Below, piece after piece: positions 52,901 to 64,000 of a stretch of 64,000 nt of DNA. Positions within the stretch are counted from its first letter, which is position 1. Every line of letters begins with the position of its first letter. This DNA comes from Felis catus (taxonomy: Eukaryota). The stretch covers positions 126,482,001-126,546,000 of the forward strand of contig NC_058368.1 in the NCBI RefSeq assembly GCF_018350175.1, given 5' to 3'. The notes beneath the pieces were generated by a model, which searched no databases, had not been told where the DNA came from, and was given only the letters and a program-made list of their open reading frames with translations. The translations under genes and the position numbers were made by a program.

Positions 52901-53057
52901 TCCAGAGAGTTATACGGTTCAGATGAACGAACCATGTGTGATCCCTGCTTGATCCTAGGACCAGATTGTCACAATCCTAAATACATTCATATGGGCAAGA
53001 CCAAACCTTGAATCAGCCAAATACTTATCCTTCTCTTCTCACTAAAGATGGACTCTT

Positions 53058-53284
53058 GGGGCCCCTCGGTAGCTCAGTTGGTTAAGCATTTGACTTTGGC
53101 TCAGGTCATGATCTCATGGTTGTGCGTTCGAGCCCTGCATCAGGCTCTGCACTGACAACTCAGCCTGGAGCCTCCTTCCAATTCTGTCTCCCTCTGTGTC
53201 TCCCTCTGTCTCTCTGCCCCTCACTTGTTTGTGCACTCACTCTGTCTCTCTGTCTCTCAAAAATAAATAAATAAAAACTAAAAA
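53058..53284 (+). mobile_element. Can-SINE abutting the L1 3' end
   Basis: Degenerate TSD aaagatggactctt / aaagatgttctctt. Confidence 0.9.
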
Positions 53285-53554
53285 AAAGATGTTCTCTTCA
53301 CATTTCTTTTTTTTTCAATATATGAAGTTTATTGTCAAATTGGTTTCCATACAACACCCAGTGCTCATCCCAAAAGGTGCCCTCCTCAATACCCATCACC
53401 CACCCTCCCCTCCCTCCCACCCTCCCCTCCCTCCCACCCTCCATCAACCCTCAGTTTGTTCTCAGTTTTTAAGAGTCTCTTATGCTTTGGCTCTCTCCCA
53501 CTCTAACCTCTTTTTTTTTTCCTTCCCCTCCCCTATGGGTTTCTCTTAAGTTTC

Positions 53555-56500
53555 TCAGGATCCACATAAGAGTGAAACCATATGGTATCTGTCTTTCTCT
53601 GTATGGCATATTTCATTTAGCATCACACTCTCCAGTTCCATCCACGTTGCCTCAAAGGGCCATATTTCATTCTTTCTCATGGCCATGTAGTACTCCATTG
53701 TGTATATAAACCACAATTTTTTTATCCATTCATCAGTTGATGGACATTTAGGTTCTTTCCATAATTTGGCTAGTGTTGAGAGTGCTGCTATAAACATTGG
53801 GGTACAAGTGCCCCTATGCATCAGTACTCCTGTGTCCCTTGGGTAAATTCCTAGCAGTGCTATTGCTGGGTCATAGGGTAGGTCTATTTTTAATTTTTTG
53901 AGGAACCTCCACACTGTTTTCCAGAGTGGCTGCACCAATTTGCATTCCCACCAACAGTGCAAGAGGGTTCCCATTTCTCCACATCCTCTCCAGCATCTAT
54001 AGTCTCCTGATTTGTTCATTTTGGCCCCTCTGACTGGCGTGAGGTGATATCTGAGTGTGGTTTTGATTTGTATTTCCCTGATGAGGAGCGACATTGAGCA
54101 TCTTTTCATGTGCCTGTTGGCCATCCGGATGTCTTCTTTAGAGAAGTGTCTATTCGTGTTTTCTGCCCATTTCTTCCCTGGGTTATTTGTTTTTCGGGTG
54201 TGGAGTTTGGTGAGCTCTTTATAGATTTTGGATACTAGCCCTTTGTCCGATATGTCATTTGCAAATATTTTTTTCCCATTCCGTTGGTTGCCTTTTAGTT
54301 TTGTTGGTTGTTTCCTTTGCTGTGCAGAAGCTTTTTATCTTCATAAGGTCCCAGTAGTTCATTTTTGCTTTTAATTCCCTTGCCTTTGGGGATGTATCAA
54401 GTAAGAAATTGCTACGGCTGAGGTCAGAGAGGTCTTTTCCTGCTTTCTCCTCTAGGGTTTTGATGGTTTCCTGTCTCACATTCAGATCCTTGATCCATTT
54501 TGAGTTTATTTTTGTGAATGGTGTGAGAAAGTGGTCTAGTTTCAATCTTCTGCATGTTGGTGCCCAGTTCTCCCAGCACCATTTGTTAAAGAGACTGTCT
54601 TTTTTCCATTGGATATTCTTTCCTGCTTTGTCAAAGATGAGTTGGCCATACGTTTGTGGGTCTAGTTCTGGGGTTTCTATTCTATTCCATTGGTCTGTGT
54701 GTCTGTTTTTGTGCCAATACCATGCTGTCTTGATGATTACAGCTTTGTAGTAGAGGCTAAAGTCTGAGATTGTGATGCCTCCTGCTTTGGTCTTCTTCTT
54801 CAAAATTACTTTGGCTATTCGGGGCTTTTTGTGGTTCCATATGAGTTTTAGGATTGCTTCTTCTAGTTTTGAGAAGAATGCTGGTGCAATTTTGATTGGG
54901 ATTGCATTGAATGTGTAGATAGCTTTCAGTAGTATTGGCATTTTGACAATATGTATTCTTCCAATCCATGAGCACGGAATGTTTTTCCATTTCTTTATAT
55001 GTTTAATTTCCTTCATAAGCTTTCTGTAGTTTTCAGCATACAGATCTTTTACATCTTTGGTTAGATTTATCCTTAGGTATTTTATGCTTCTTGGTGCAAT
55101 TGTGAATGGGAACAGTTTCTTTATTTGTCTTTCTGTTGCTTTATTATTAGTGTATAAGAATGCAGCTGATTTCTGTACATTGATTTTGTATCCTGCAACT
55201 TTGCTAAATTCATGTATCAGTTCTAGCAGACTTCTGGTGGAGTCTATCGGATTTTCCATGTATAATATCATGTCATCTGCAAAATGTGAAAGCTTAATTT
55301 CATCTTTGCCAATTTTTATGCTTTTGATTTCCTTTTGTTGTCTGACTGCTGATGCTAGCACTTCCAACACTATGTTAAACAACAGTGGTGAGAATGGACA
55401 TCCCTGTCATGTTCCTGATCTCAGGGAAAAAGCTCTCAGTTTTTTCCCCATTGAGGATGATGTTAGCTGTGGGCTTTTCATAAATGGCTTTGATGATCTT
55501 TAAGTATGTTCCTTCTATCCCGACTTTCTCAAGGGTTTTTATTAAGAAACGTTGCTGGATTTTGTCAAAGGCCTTTTCTGCATCGATTGACAGGATCATA
55601 TAGTTCTTATCTTTTCTTTTATTAATGTGATGTATCACATCGATTGATTTGCCAATGTTGAACCAGCCCTGAATCCCAGGAATGAATCCCACTTGATCAT
55701 GGTGAATAATTCTTTTTATATGCTGTTGAATTCGATTTGCTTGTATCTTATTGAGAATTTTTGCATCCATATTCATCAGGGATATTGGCCTGTAGTTCTC
55801 TTTTTTTACTGGGTCTCTGTCTGGTTTAGGAATCAAAGTCATATTGGCTTCATAGAATGAGTCTGGAAGTTTTCCTTCCCTTTCTATTTTTTGGAATAGC
55901 TTGAGAAGGATAGGTATTATCTCTGCTTTAAACGTCTGGTAGAACTCCCCTGGGAAGCCATCTGGTCCAGGGTTCTTATTTGTTGGGAGATTTTTGATGA
56001 CTGATTCAATTTCTTCACTGGTTATGGGTCTGTTCAAGCTTTCTATTTCCTCCTGATTGAGTTTTGGAAGCATATGGGTGTGTAGGAATTTGTCCATTTT
56101 TTCCAGGTTGTCCAGTTTGTTGGCATATAATTTTTCATAGTATTCCCTGATAATTGCTTGTATCTCTGAGGGATTGGTTGTAATAATTCCATTTTCCTTC
56201 ATGATTTTCCTATTTGGGTCATCTCCCTTTTCTTTTTGAGAAGCCTGGCTAGAGGTTTATCAATTTTGTTTATTTTTTCAAAAAACCAACTCTTGGTTTC
56301 GTTGATCTGCTCTACAGGTTTTTTAGTTTCTATATTGTTTATTTCTGCTCTGATCTTTATTATTTCTCTTCTTCTGCTGGGTTTAGGCTGCCTTTGCTGT
56401 TCTGCTTCTATTTCCTTTAGGTGTGCTGTTAGATTTTGTATTTTAGATTTAGGTGTGCTGTTAGATTTTTCTTGTTTCTTGAGATAGGCCTGGATTGCCA

Positions 56501-57395
56501 TGCATTTTCCTCTCAGGACTGCCTTCGCTGCATCCCAAAGCATTTGGATTGTTGTATTTTCATTTTCATTTGTTTCCATTTATTTTTTAATTTCTTCTCG
56601 AATTGCCTGGTTGACCCATTCATTCTTTAGTAGGGTGTTCTTTAACCTCCATGCTTTTGCAGGTTTTCCAGAGTTTTTCCTGTGGTTGATTTCAAGCTTC
56701 ATAGCATTGTGGTCTGAAAGTATGCATGGTATAATTTCAATTCTTGTATACTTATGAAGGGCTGTTTTGTGACCCAGTATATGATCTATCTTGGACAATG
56801 TTCCATGTGCACTCGAGAAAAAAGTATATTCTGTTGCTTTGGGATGTAGAGTTCTAAATATATCTGTCAAGTCCATCTGATCCAATGTATCATTCAGGGC
56901 CCTTGTTTCTTTATTCACCGTGTGTCTAGATGATCTATCCATTTCTGTAAGTGGAGTGTTAAAGTTCCCTGCAATTACCACATTCTTATCAATAAGGTTG
57001 CTTATGTTTGTGGGTAATTGTTTTATATATTTGGTGGCTCCCGTATTCGGCACATAGACATTTATAATTCTTACCTCCTCCTGATGGATAGACCCTGTGA
57101 TTATTATATAATGCCCTTCTTCATCTCTTGTTACAGCCTTTAATCTAAAGCCTAGTTTGTCTGATAGAAGTATGGCTACTCCAGCTTTCTTTTGACTTCC
57201 AGTGGCATGATAAATAGTTCTCCATCCCCTCACTCCCAATCTGAAGGTGTCCTCAGGTCTAAAATGAGTCTCTTGTAGACAGCAAATAGATGGGTCTTGT
57301 TTTTTTATCCATTCTGATGCCCTATGTCTTTTGGTTGACACATTTAGTACGTTTACGTTCAGCGTTATTATAGAAAGATATGGGTTTAGAGTCAT
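53555..57395 (-). pseudogene. L1 ORF2p (APE endonuclease, reverse transcriptase, CCHC domain), disrupted
   Basis: EN motifs LNVN, LQETH, KIDH and SDH; RT motifs PGPDGF, YRPISL and FADD; C-terminal [18 protein letters not shown]. Broken by an in-frame stop at 56580 and frameshifts near 56200, 55440 and 54270. Confidence 0.93.
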
Positions 57396-57445
57396 TGTGA
57401 TGTCCGTGGGTGTCATGCTTGTAGCGATGTCTCTGGTACTTTGTC

Positions 57446-58344
57446 TCACAGGATCCCCCTTAGGATCTCTTGTAAGGCTGGTTTAGTGGTGGCGAATTCC
57501 TTCAGTTTTTGTTTGTTTGTTTGGGAAGACATTTATCTCTCCTTCTCTTCTAAATGACAGACTTGCTGCATAAAGGATTCTCGGCTGCATATGTTTTCTG
57601 TTCATCACATTGAAGATCTCCTGCCATTCCTTTCTGGCCTGCCGAGTTTCAGGAGAGAGATTGGTCACGAGTCTTATAGGTCTCCCTTTATATGTTAGAG
57701 CATGTTTATCTCTAGCTGCTTTCAGAATATTCTCTTTATCCTTGTATTTTGCCAGTTTCACTATGATATGTCGTGCAGAAGATCGATTCAAGTTATGTCT
57801 GAAGGGAGTTCTCTGTGCCTCTTGGATTGCAATGCCTTTTTACTTCCCCACATCAGGGAAGTTCTCAGCTATTATTTCTCCAAGTACACCTTCAGCACCT
57901 GTCCCTCTCTCTTCCTCCTCTGGAATACCAATTATGCGTAGATTATTTCTCTTTAGTACATCACTTAGTTCTCTAATTTTCCCCTCATATTCCTGGATTT
58001 TTTTATCTCTCTTTTTCTTAGAGTCTTCTTTTTCCATAATTTTATCTTCTAGTTCACCTGTTCTCTCCTCTGCCTCTTCAATATGAGCCGTAGTTGTCTC
58101 CATTTTATTTTTCAGCTCGTTGATAGCATTTTTTAGCTCATCCTGGCTGTTCCTGAGTCCTTTGATCTCTGTAGCAAGAGATTGTCTGCTGTCCTTTATA
58201 CTGTTTTCAAGCCCAGTGATTAATTTTATGACTATTATTCTAAATTCACTTTCTGTTATATTGTTTAAATCATTTTTTGATCAGTTTGTTAGCTGTTGTT
58301 ATTTCCTGGACGTTTTTCTGAGGGGAATTCTTCCGTTTTGTCAT
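57446..58344 (-). pseudogene. L1 ORF1p, disrupted
   Basis: Fragments MTKRKNSPQK..., ...LKRNNLRIIGIPEEEE... and ...RHIIVKLAKYKDKENILKAAR...QPRILY lie in separate ORFs, with a frameshift near 58270, a stop at 57840 and a frameshift near 57515. Confidence 0.88.
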
Positions 58345-60569
58345 TTTGGATAGTCCCTGGGGTGGTACAGGACTGCGGGCACTTCCCTTGTGCTGTCTTG
58401 AATAACTTGCGTTGGTGGGCGGACCGCAGTCAGACCTGATGTCTGTCCCTAGCCCACTGCTGGGGCCGCAGTCAGACTGGTGTGTGCCTTCTCTTCCCCT
58501 CTCCTGGGGGCGGGATTCAATGTGGGGTGGCATGGCCCATCTGGGCTACTTGCACACTGCCAGACTTGTGGTGCTGGGGATCTGGCGTATTAGCTGGGGT
58601 GGATGGCAAGGTGCACAGGGGCGGGAGGGGTAGGCTCAGCTCGCTTTTCCTTAGGATATCCTCTTTGGGAGGGGCCCTGGGGCACAGGGAGGGAGTCAGA
58701 CCCGCTGCAGGAGGGATGGATCCGCAGAAGCACAGCGTTGGGTGTTTGCGTGGTGCAAGCAAGTTCTCTGGCAGGAACTGGTTCCCTATGGGATTTTGGA
58801 GGGATGGGTGAGGGAGCTGGCGCTGGCGAGCGCCTTTGTTCCCCGCCAAGCTGAGCTCTGTTGTCTGGGGCTCAACAACTCTCCCTCCCGTTGTCCTCCA
58901 GCCCTCCCCTTCTCCCAGCAGAGCTGTTAGCGTATAACCTTCCAGATGTCAAGTCCCTCTTGCTGTCAGAACACACTCCATCAGGCCCCTCTGCTTTTGT
59001 CAGCTAGACTCGGGGGCTCTGCTTGGCCGGCGGGCTGCCCCTCCGCCTCTGCTCCCTCCCGCCAGTCTGTGGAGCACGCACTGCCTCTGCCCTTCATACC
59101 CTCTTCCATGGGCCTCTCATCTGCGCTTGGCTCCGGAGACTCTGTTCTGCTAATCCTCTGGCGGTTTTCTGGGTTATTTAGGCAGGTGTCGGTGGAATCT
59201 AAGTGATCAGCAGGTCGCGCGGTGAGCCCAGCGTCCTCCTACGCTACCGTCTTCCCAGGATCTCTTCACATTTCTTTTCATCCACCCAAATCTTCTTCCA
59301 TGGATGATTTTTAGATTGCTGAAGAGTATACTCTTATTTGCTCTCATCTTCTTTTGTTTTGAGAGTTTGGAGGAGAGGCAGTATGCAGCCATTTACAACA
59401 TCTGCATGTGTATTTCCCATTAATGCATATGTCCATAGATCAGCTTTCTCCTCCTCTGTTTTCAGAACCAGTTCCTTTTTTTTGGGAGGGAGTTGTGAAA
59501 CCTTTTGAAGATCTGATGGCACCTATCATCATCCCTTCTCCCACCAGCACTACCACCGTATGCATATCCAAATAATATGCATTTTTAAGCACCCAGATAG
59601 CCCTTGATGCCTATTCAGGGTCCTTTCGGAGGACCGGTGATAAAGCCCTCCATTCCAAGCCTGCATACGCTTTTTAAAAAAAGCCTGTTTCCAAAGGATG
59701 GATTAAATTAAAACAAAAAACAAAAAACAAAAAACCTTGGCTCAGATATAATTTGAGAAAAAAAATGCTAAATAACAGAAGTGATTTGTTCTCAACATCT
59801 ACAGAAAAGACACATTTCTTTTCAACTGTCTTTCCCTTTTTGGTGATTGTGGACTTCCTGGGCTATGCTAAATGTGATAATATTCTAAGTTAGCCAAATC
59901 TCTCTTACAGATCTGCCAAATTTCAAAACAAAGTTATGTAATTATACATTTCCAACAGGAGAAAAAGTTAAGGTGCACATGAAAATGTGCCTGAAACTGT
60001 GGAAATGTTATCAGAGACAAATTATGTGTTCATCACCTTAAAATCTGGATAATATAGAATTGCAGTTCTTATTTTTAAACTGTATGCCTGATATGTAATT
60101 ATGTGAAAGTAAGTTAAACAGAAGCCTTATGCTTGCTTTGTGTGACAGCGGGGACATTTTTATTTTATTGACTACATTGTAGAAGTGGCCAATTTCATGG
60201 TCAGAGTCAGAAATCCTGGTCTTCTTTCCGCTTCTGACTCAGTCCAGCCTTGCCTTGATTCCCAGAGTGCCCTCCGTTTGCCATTGCCATATCTACTCAA
60301 TATGGAATGACATCTGTGAAATCAAACTCATGCTAAAGTTCTGGCCATCATATTTTTTTTGGGTAGACACGCAGAACAGAGGAAAGCTGGACTGTTGTTT
60401 CTATTTAAGCAAGTCACAATCTCTCTGTGCCCCAGTTATTCTTTCACCAAGTCACTAGTTTAGTCGTTTACCTCTAAGGTCCTATTCAGTTCTCATTCTC
60501 CTCTACCTCATGATTGGTCACCAGTGGACTTGTGATTGCTTGAAGGTTGTTTCCTGTTCTGAAGATGAT

Positions 60570-60810
60570 AGCAGTAATTGCCAAAAACCTGACATTTATT
60601 AATGCCAGGCACTGTTCTAAATGCTAAATAAAAAAATAATAATTCTCACACCAGTCTAATGTTGTAGGTACTATTATTATCCCTTCTTGAAAGATGAATA
60701 AACTGCTTATCAGGAAAAGTAAGTAACTTGGTCAAGGTCATACAGTTAGCCAGAGGCAGAGTGAGACCTCACAGAGGCTTTCTGGTCCCAGAGCCAGCGC
60801 ACATAATGAC
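60570..60810. mobile_element. MIR
   Basis: tgccaggcactgttctaaatgct...gtaggtactattattatccc...aagtaacttggtcaaggtcatacagttag. Confidence 0.7.
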
Positions 60811-61244
60811 TCTATTGTAGGAGTAAAGCAATAGAGTGTTTCAAATTAGGATTCCTAGAGCAAGTTGCTTATTTTCCAGTGCATTTTCCTCCAGTGGAGA
60901 CATTTAACCAAATTTACATACTTTGAAATTGGAACCATTAAAAAAAAATTGCACCCTTGAAATAGTTGATATATTTATTCTTCTCTCAAACACATTTGCT
61001 TTTAATAAAGTATGATTTATACTCACAAGTCTTGGTTGTAGTTTATGTAAATTTAATTGAGGTTTTACTTTTCATATGCTTTTATGTGTACTGATATCCA
61101 AAATTTTTGCAAGTTCATTTTCATAAGAAATAGGCTAGTAGAGAAATACAACTGTTATTCAGAGATTATGAGAACATACTACCTCTACCAGGTCAGAAGC
61201 TGAGAAATTAAGTGAATTAAAATATATTAAAAACATAATGATAC

Positions 61245-61372
61245 GGAGTCGTGGGTGGCTCAGTCTGTTGAGTGTCCAACTCTTTATCTCAGCTCAGGCC
61301 TTGATCTCAGGGTCGTGAGTTCAAGCTCTACCCTGGGCTTCATGCTGGGCATGAAGCCTGCTTAAAAAAATA
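61245..61372 (+). mobile_element. Short-form Can-SINE lacking the CT tract
   Basis: tgggtggctcagtctgttgagtgtccaactct...gagttcaagc...gaagcctgcttaaaaaaa; TSD-like ataatgata / ataatgaca. Confidence 0.82.
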
Positions 61373-62377
61373 ATAATAATGACATAACACACGTAAGAAA
61401 GGTTCTAGAAATAGCTTTAATGTTAACTAGGGATTATTTGCGTACTCACCATTTGTTCTTTACTAAGCTTGGCAGATGATAAACTACGTACCATCATGCC
61501 AGAACTTTATGGTAAAGAAATGATGTGTGTTACCATAGAGCTTTCAAGTGGGGCTGAAAATTAAAGCAAAAGGTATTAAATATCTGATGTTCCAGCATTT
61601 TCAGGACAATGGGATAGAGTAAAAACAGTATCAGAGGAAGAGTCAGGAATCCTATGTTTTCTCAGCTGTACCATCAATTTGCCAAGTTACTCTTTGAGTC
61701 TCAGATTTCTCACCTCTCAAATAGGAGATTGGACTGATTGGTTCTTGAAGGTCATACTATCTCCAACAATCCTCAGTCTTGAGACTGAAATGTATAAGGA
61801 ATCAAACTGCGGGAAAGTTGACCTTGATACATTATCATTCTTGTTTCTTCTTGGAGAGCTTCTATTTTCACCTGTAGCTCTCTTGTAAGTCAAGGAATGC
61901 TCTGAGAAAACCCAATCCACTTAGCTTTGGTTAAGCCCTATGGTCCTCTATCCCTCATTGGCCATTTTTATGTGCTAGGGAAAAGTTAAATTATATATAA
62001 TAATTGTTATTTGTTGGATTCCCCCCTCATTTATTTATTCACTTCTTCTAGCCTTTACTATTCTAAGCAATCTCTAAGGATATTCCAAGGATATGTTAGT
62101 ATTTAATTTTAATAAACATATTAGGTCCTTGGAGGTGGGTTCTTTGGGGGAGAACAAGGAGAAATTTTAAGAGTGCTTATTGTATTCTTGGCATTAGGCA
62201 AGGTGTGTTGCATTGAGAAATCTATTTGGTGAATAGACTGGACTTGATAGAACCTATAATCCTTAATACGTGCTCTGTTTATGTCTGTGTGTGATATTTT
62301 GTCAGCTTCCATGAATTTTCTGAATAGTTTTAGGTACTAGAGTAATATCACTTTCAGGTATTAGAAAGACTAACCTG

Positions 62378-62608
62378 GGGGCGCCTGGGTGGCTCAGTCG
62401 GTTAAGCCTCCGACTTCAGCTCAGGCCATGATCTCACACTCCATGAGTTCGAGCCCCTTGTCGGGCTCTCTGCTGACAGCTCAGAGCCTGGAGCCTGCTT
62501 TAGATTCTGTGTCTCCTTCTCTCTCCGCCCCTCCCCTGCTCATGCTCTGTTTCTGTCTCAAAAATAAATAAAAACATTTTAAAAAATTAAAAAAAATAAT
62601 AAAATAAA
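62378..62608 (+). mobile_element. Can-SINE
   Basis: 13-bp TSD aaagactaacctg at 62365 and 62609. Confidence 0.95.
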
Positions 62609-64000
62609 AAAGACTAACCTGATTAAAAAAAATGTTCATCTGATACCCAGTTCAGAGTTTCTCCCCTCATCAAGCCTGATCCAGTTTGGAAAATTGTACT
62701 GAGAAAGTGAGTCTGTTCCTTTCTTCTCCCCCACAAACTAGTTACAAACATGTTATCTCCAGTCCTCTTGACAATGCCTTAAAGTTGGCCTGTCTATTCC
62801 CACGTCATAGAAGCTGAAACTCAAACAAAACAAAACAAAAACAAAACAAAATAAAACCCAATGATTTCATAGAATTTGGTCCAAGGATGTCTGATTTTAA
62901 AGTACATCATTCTCATTGCCCTGTGTTGCCTTTAAAATTTAGGTTTCCTACATGGCTAGGGTGTGGGGTTTGGGGGAGGGGGCTTTGGATTTGATTCTCT
63001 TACATTATGTTACCAAACGAAGAGGATCAAAATTTTCAGTTATGTTCAGTTACTTTTTGTTTATCTGAATCTCTTTGGCAAGGTTCAAGTGTGTCACAAC
63101 CTGATCATGTCTGATGCAACATAGAGGCATTTGGAATTAATGCAAAGCCAGGAGAGGGGGGTCATGGCTTCTGCCATAAAATGTAGGTAATTTCTCCAGC
63201 ATTGGCACAAGCACACCAGAAATAGATAATCAAAGAAATATATACTTTGTATAGAAATTACTTTATAGATGATGTAAATCAATGGATTATTAAAGGACAT
63301 TCTTGGATTAGAGGACAGGTCTAGTTGAAGAATACAGGCTAGTTGAAGAATAGATAATAGATTATTATTCATTTTGCAAAGATGCAGAACGTTGTCATTT
63401 TTCAGAATAAGTACTCAATAAACATTTAAGAGAATCTAAACAGGGAATTTAAAAATGATGTCTTGGGATAAGGATTGGGATTATTTCATGTGCTGTAATA
63501 CATAATATTTAGTAATACATACTATTTACTCATACTATTTATGAGTATTTATGCTCTATGTGAATCATTCCCATGTATATTACACATAGATTTAGACCTA
63601 AAGACATAATTTCGCTCATTTTTCAGAAAACAACTTTAGAACTTGAGTTGTTACTTTATCTTTTTAAAAGGTATATTAATGTATTTTTCAGTAGATCTGC
63701 TGAGTCCTGGGTTTTTAATTGAAAGCTTGTTAAATAATGTTAAATATAAATCACCATTGTCTAATGGATGCTACTTGAAAGTTTTTTCTTTCTCCTCTGC
63801 AAGAGAAAAGCAGTGGGAAATCGTGCCTAATGCCAAGAAATCATGTTTTCTGCTCAGTCCTTGTGAAAAATACGTGGGTGACAGTCAAAAGATCTGCCAA
63901 ACTACAAATGGAGATGATGCAGGAGGCTGTATGGCCAATACCATATAGTAACACAATATTTAACACTACAACCTATTTTCCAATAGCATGAAGTTCAGTA

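Larger units (their letters stand above)
53311..59260 (-). mobile_element. Full-length (5950 bp) carnivore/felid LINE-1, antisense to RAB3C, inactivated
   Basis: Perfect 18-bp TSD tctcttcacatttctttt at 53293-53310 and 59261-59278. GC/CpG-rich 5'UTR at ~58345-59260, recognisable ORF1 and ORF2, and a 3'UTR with a G-rich tract, AATAAA and a short A tail. Confidence 0.97.
1340..64000 (+). other. RAB3C: Large RAB3C intron, continuing beyond the window
   Basis: Starts at a consensus donor (gtaagt). The next Rab motif DTAGQE is absent from the ORF track and was not seen in the sequence. The region is repeat-rich and non-coding. Confidence 0.85.

Noticed and set aside
53555..57395. Reverse transcriptase as part of a novel system (retron, DGR or domesticated gene)
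   Set aside because: Standard L1 ORF2 architecture within TSDs, with multiple stops and frameshifts.
54409..58353. Plus-strand ORFs of up to 158 aa overlapping the L1 coding region
   Set aside because: Antisense shadows of L1 ORF1 and ORF2, with no independent coding evidence.
299..62571. Recurrent similar short ORFs (MAQSVKRPTSAQVMIS..., FIYFWDRERQSMNGGG..., MGAPGWRSRLSVRLQ...) resembling a gene family
   Set aside because: All are translations of Can-SINE copies in various frames.
36319..63545. Scattered 10-18 nt tandem micro-duplications (e.g. gtctatgata ~36319, ttttgggtattt ~48198, ctagttgaagaata ~63320, catactattta ~63517)
   Set aside because: Ordinary replication-slippage products with no shared unit or regular spacing, so not an array.
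1..64000. CRISPR array, operon, rRNA or other prokaryotic-type system
   Set aside because: The sequence is a mammalian intron. No regularly spaced repeat-spacer structure or gene-dense region was seen.

Overview
This window is mammalian genomic DNA, almost certainly felid: it carries tRNA-derived Can-SINEs of the SINEC_Fc type and a carnivore-type L1. It contains one real coding exon, 1112-1339 (+), which is the 228-nt exon of RAB3C encoding the N-terminus, P-loop and switch I. The next exon (DTAGQERY...) was not found, so the remaining ~62.6 kb is intron. That intron holds a full-length but inactivated antisense LINE-1 (53311-59260, 18-bp TSD), over 20 Can-SINE copies (several young ones with clean TSDs, two nested pairs, one head-to-head pair and one apparent chimera), older ERVL/MaLR LTRs, hAT DNA transposons, L2, MIR and old L1 fragments, and microsatellites. 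Almost all short ORFs in the track are SINE- or L1-derived or random. I found no convincing novel biological system. The best leads are RNA-level hypotheses: a stop-free circularisable exon flanked by inverted SINEs, an antisense ORF in the L1 5'UTR in phase with RAB3C, a candidate poison exon and inverted SINE pairs. There are also candidate intronic regulatory elements. Names of old repeat families come from recalled consensus sequences, and their boundaries are approximate.
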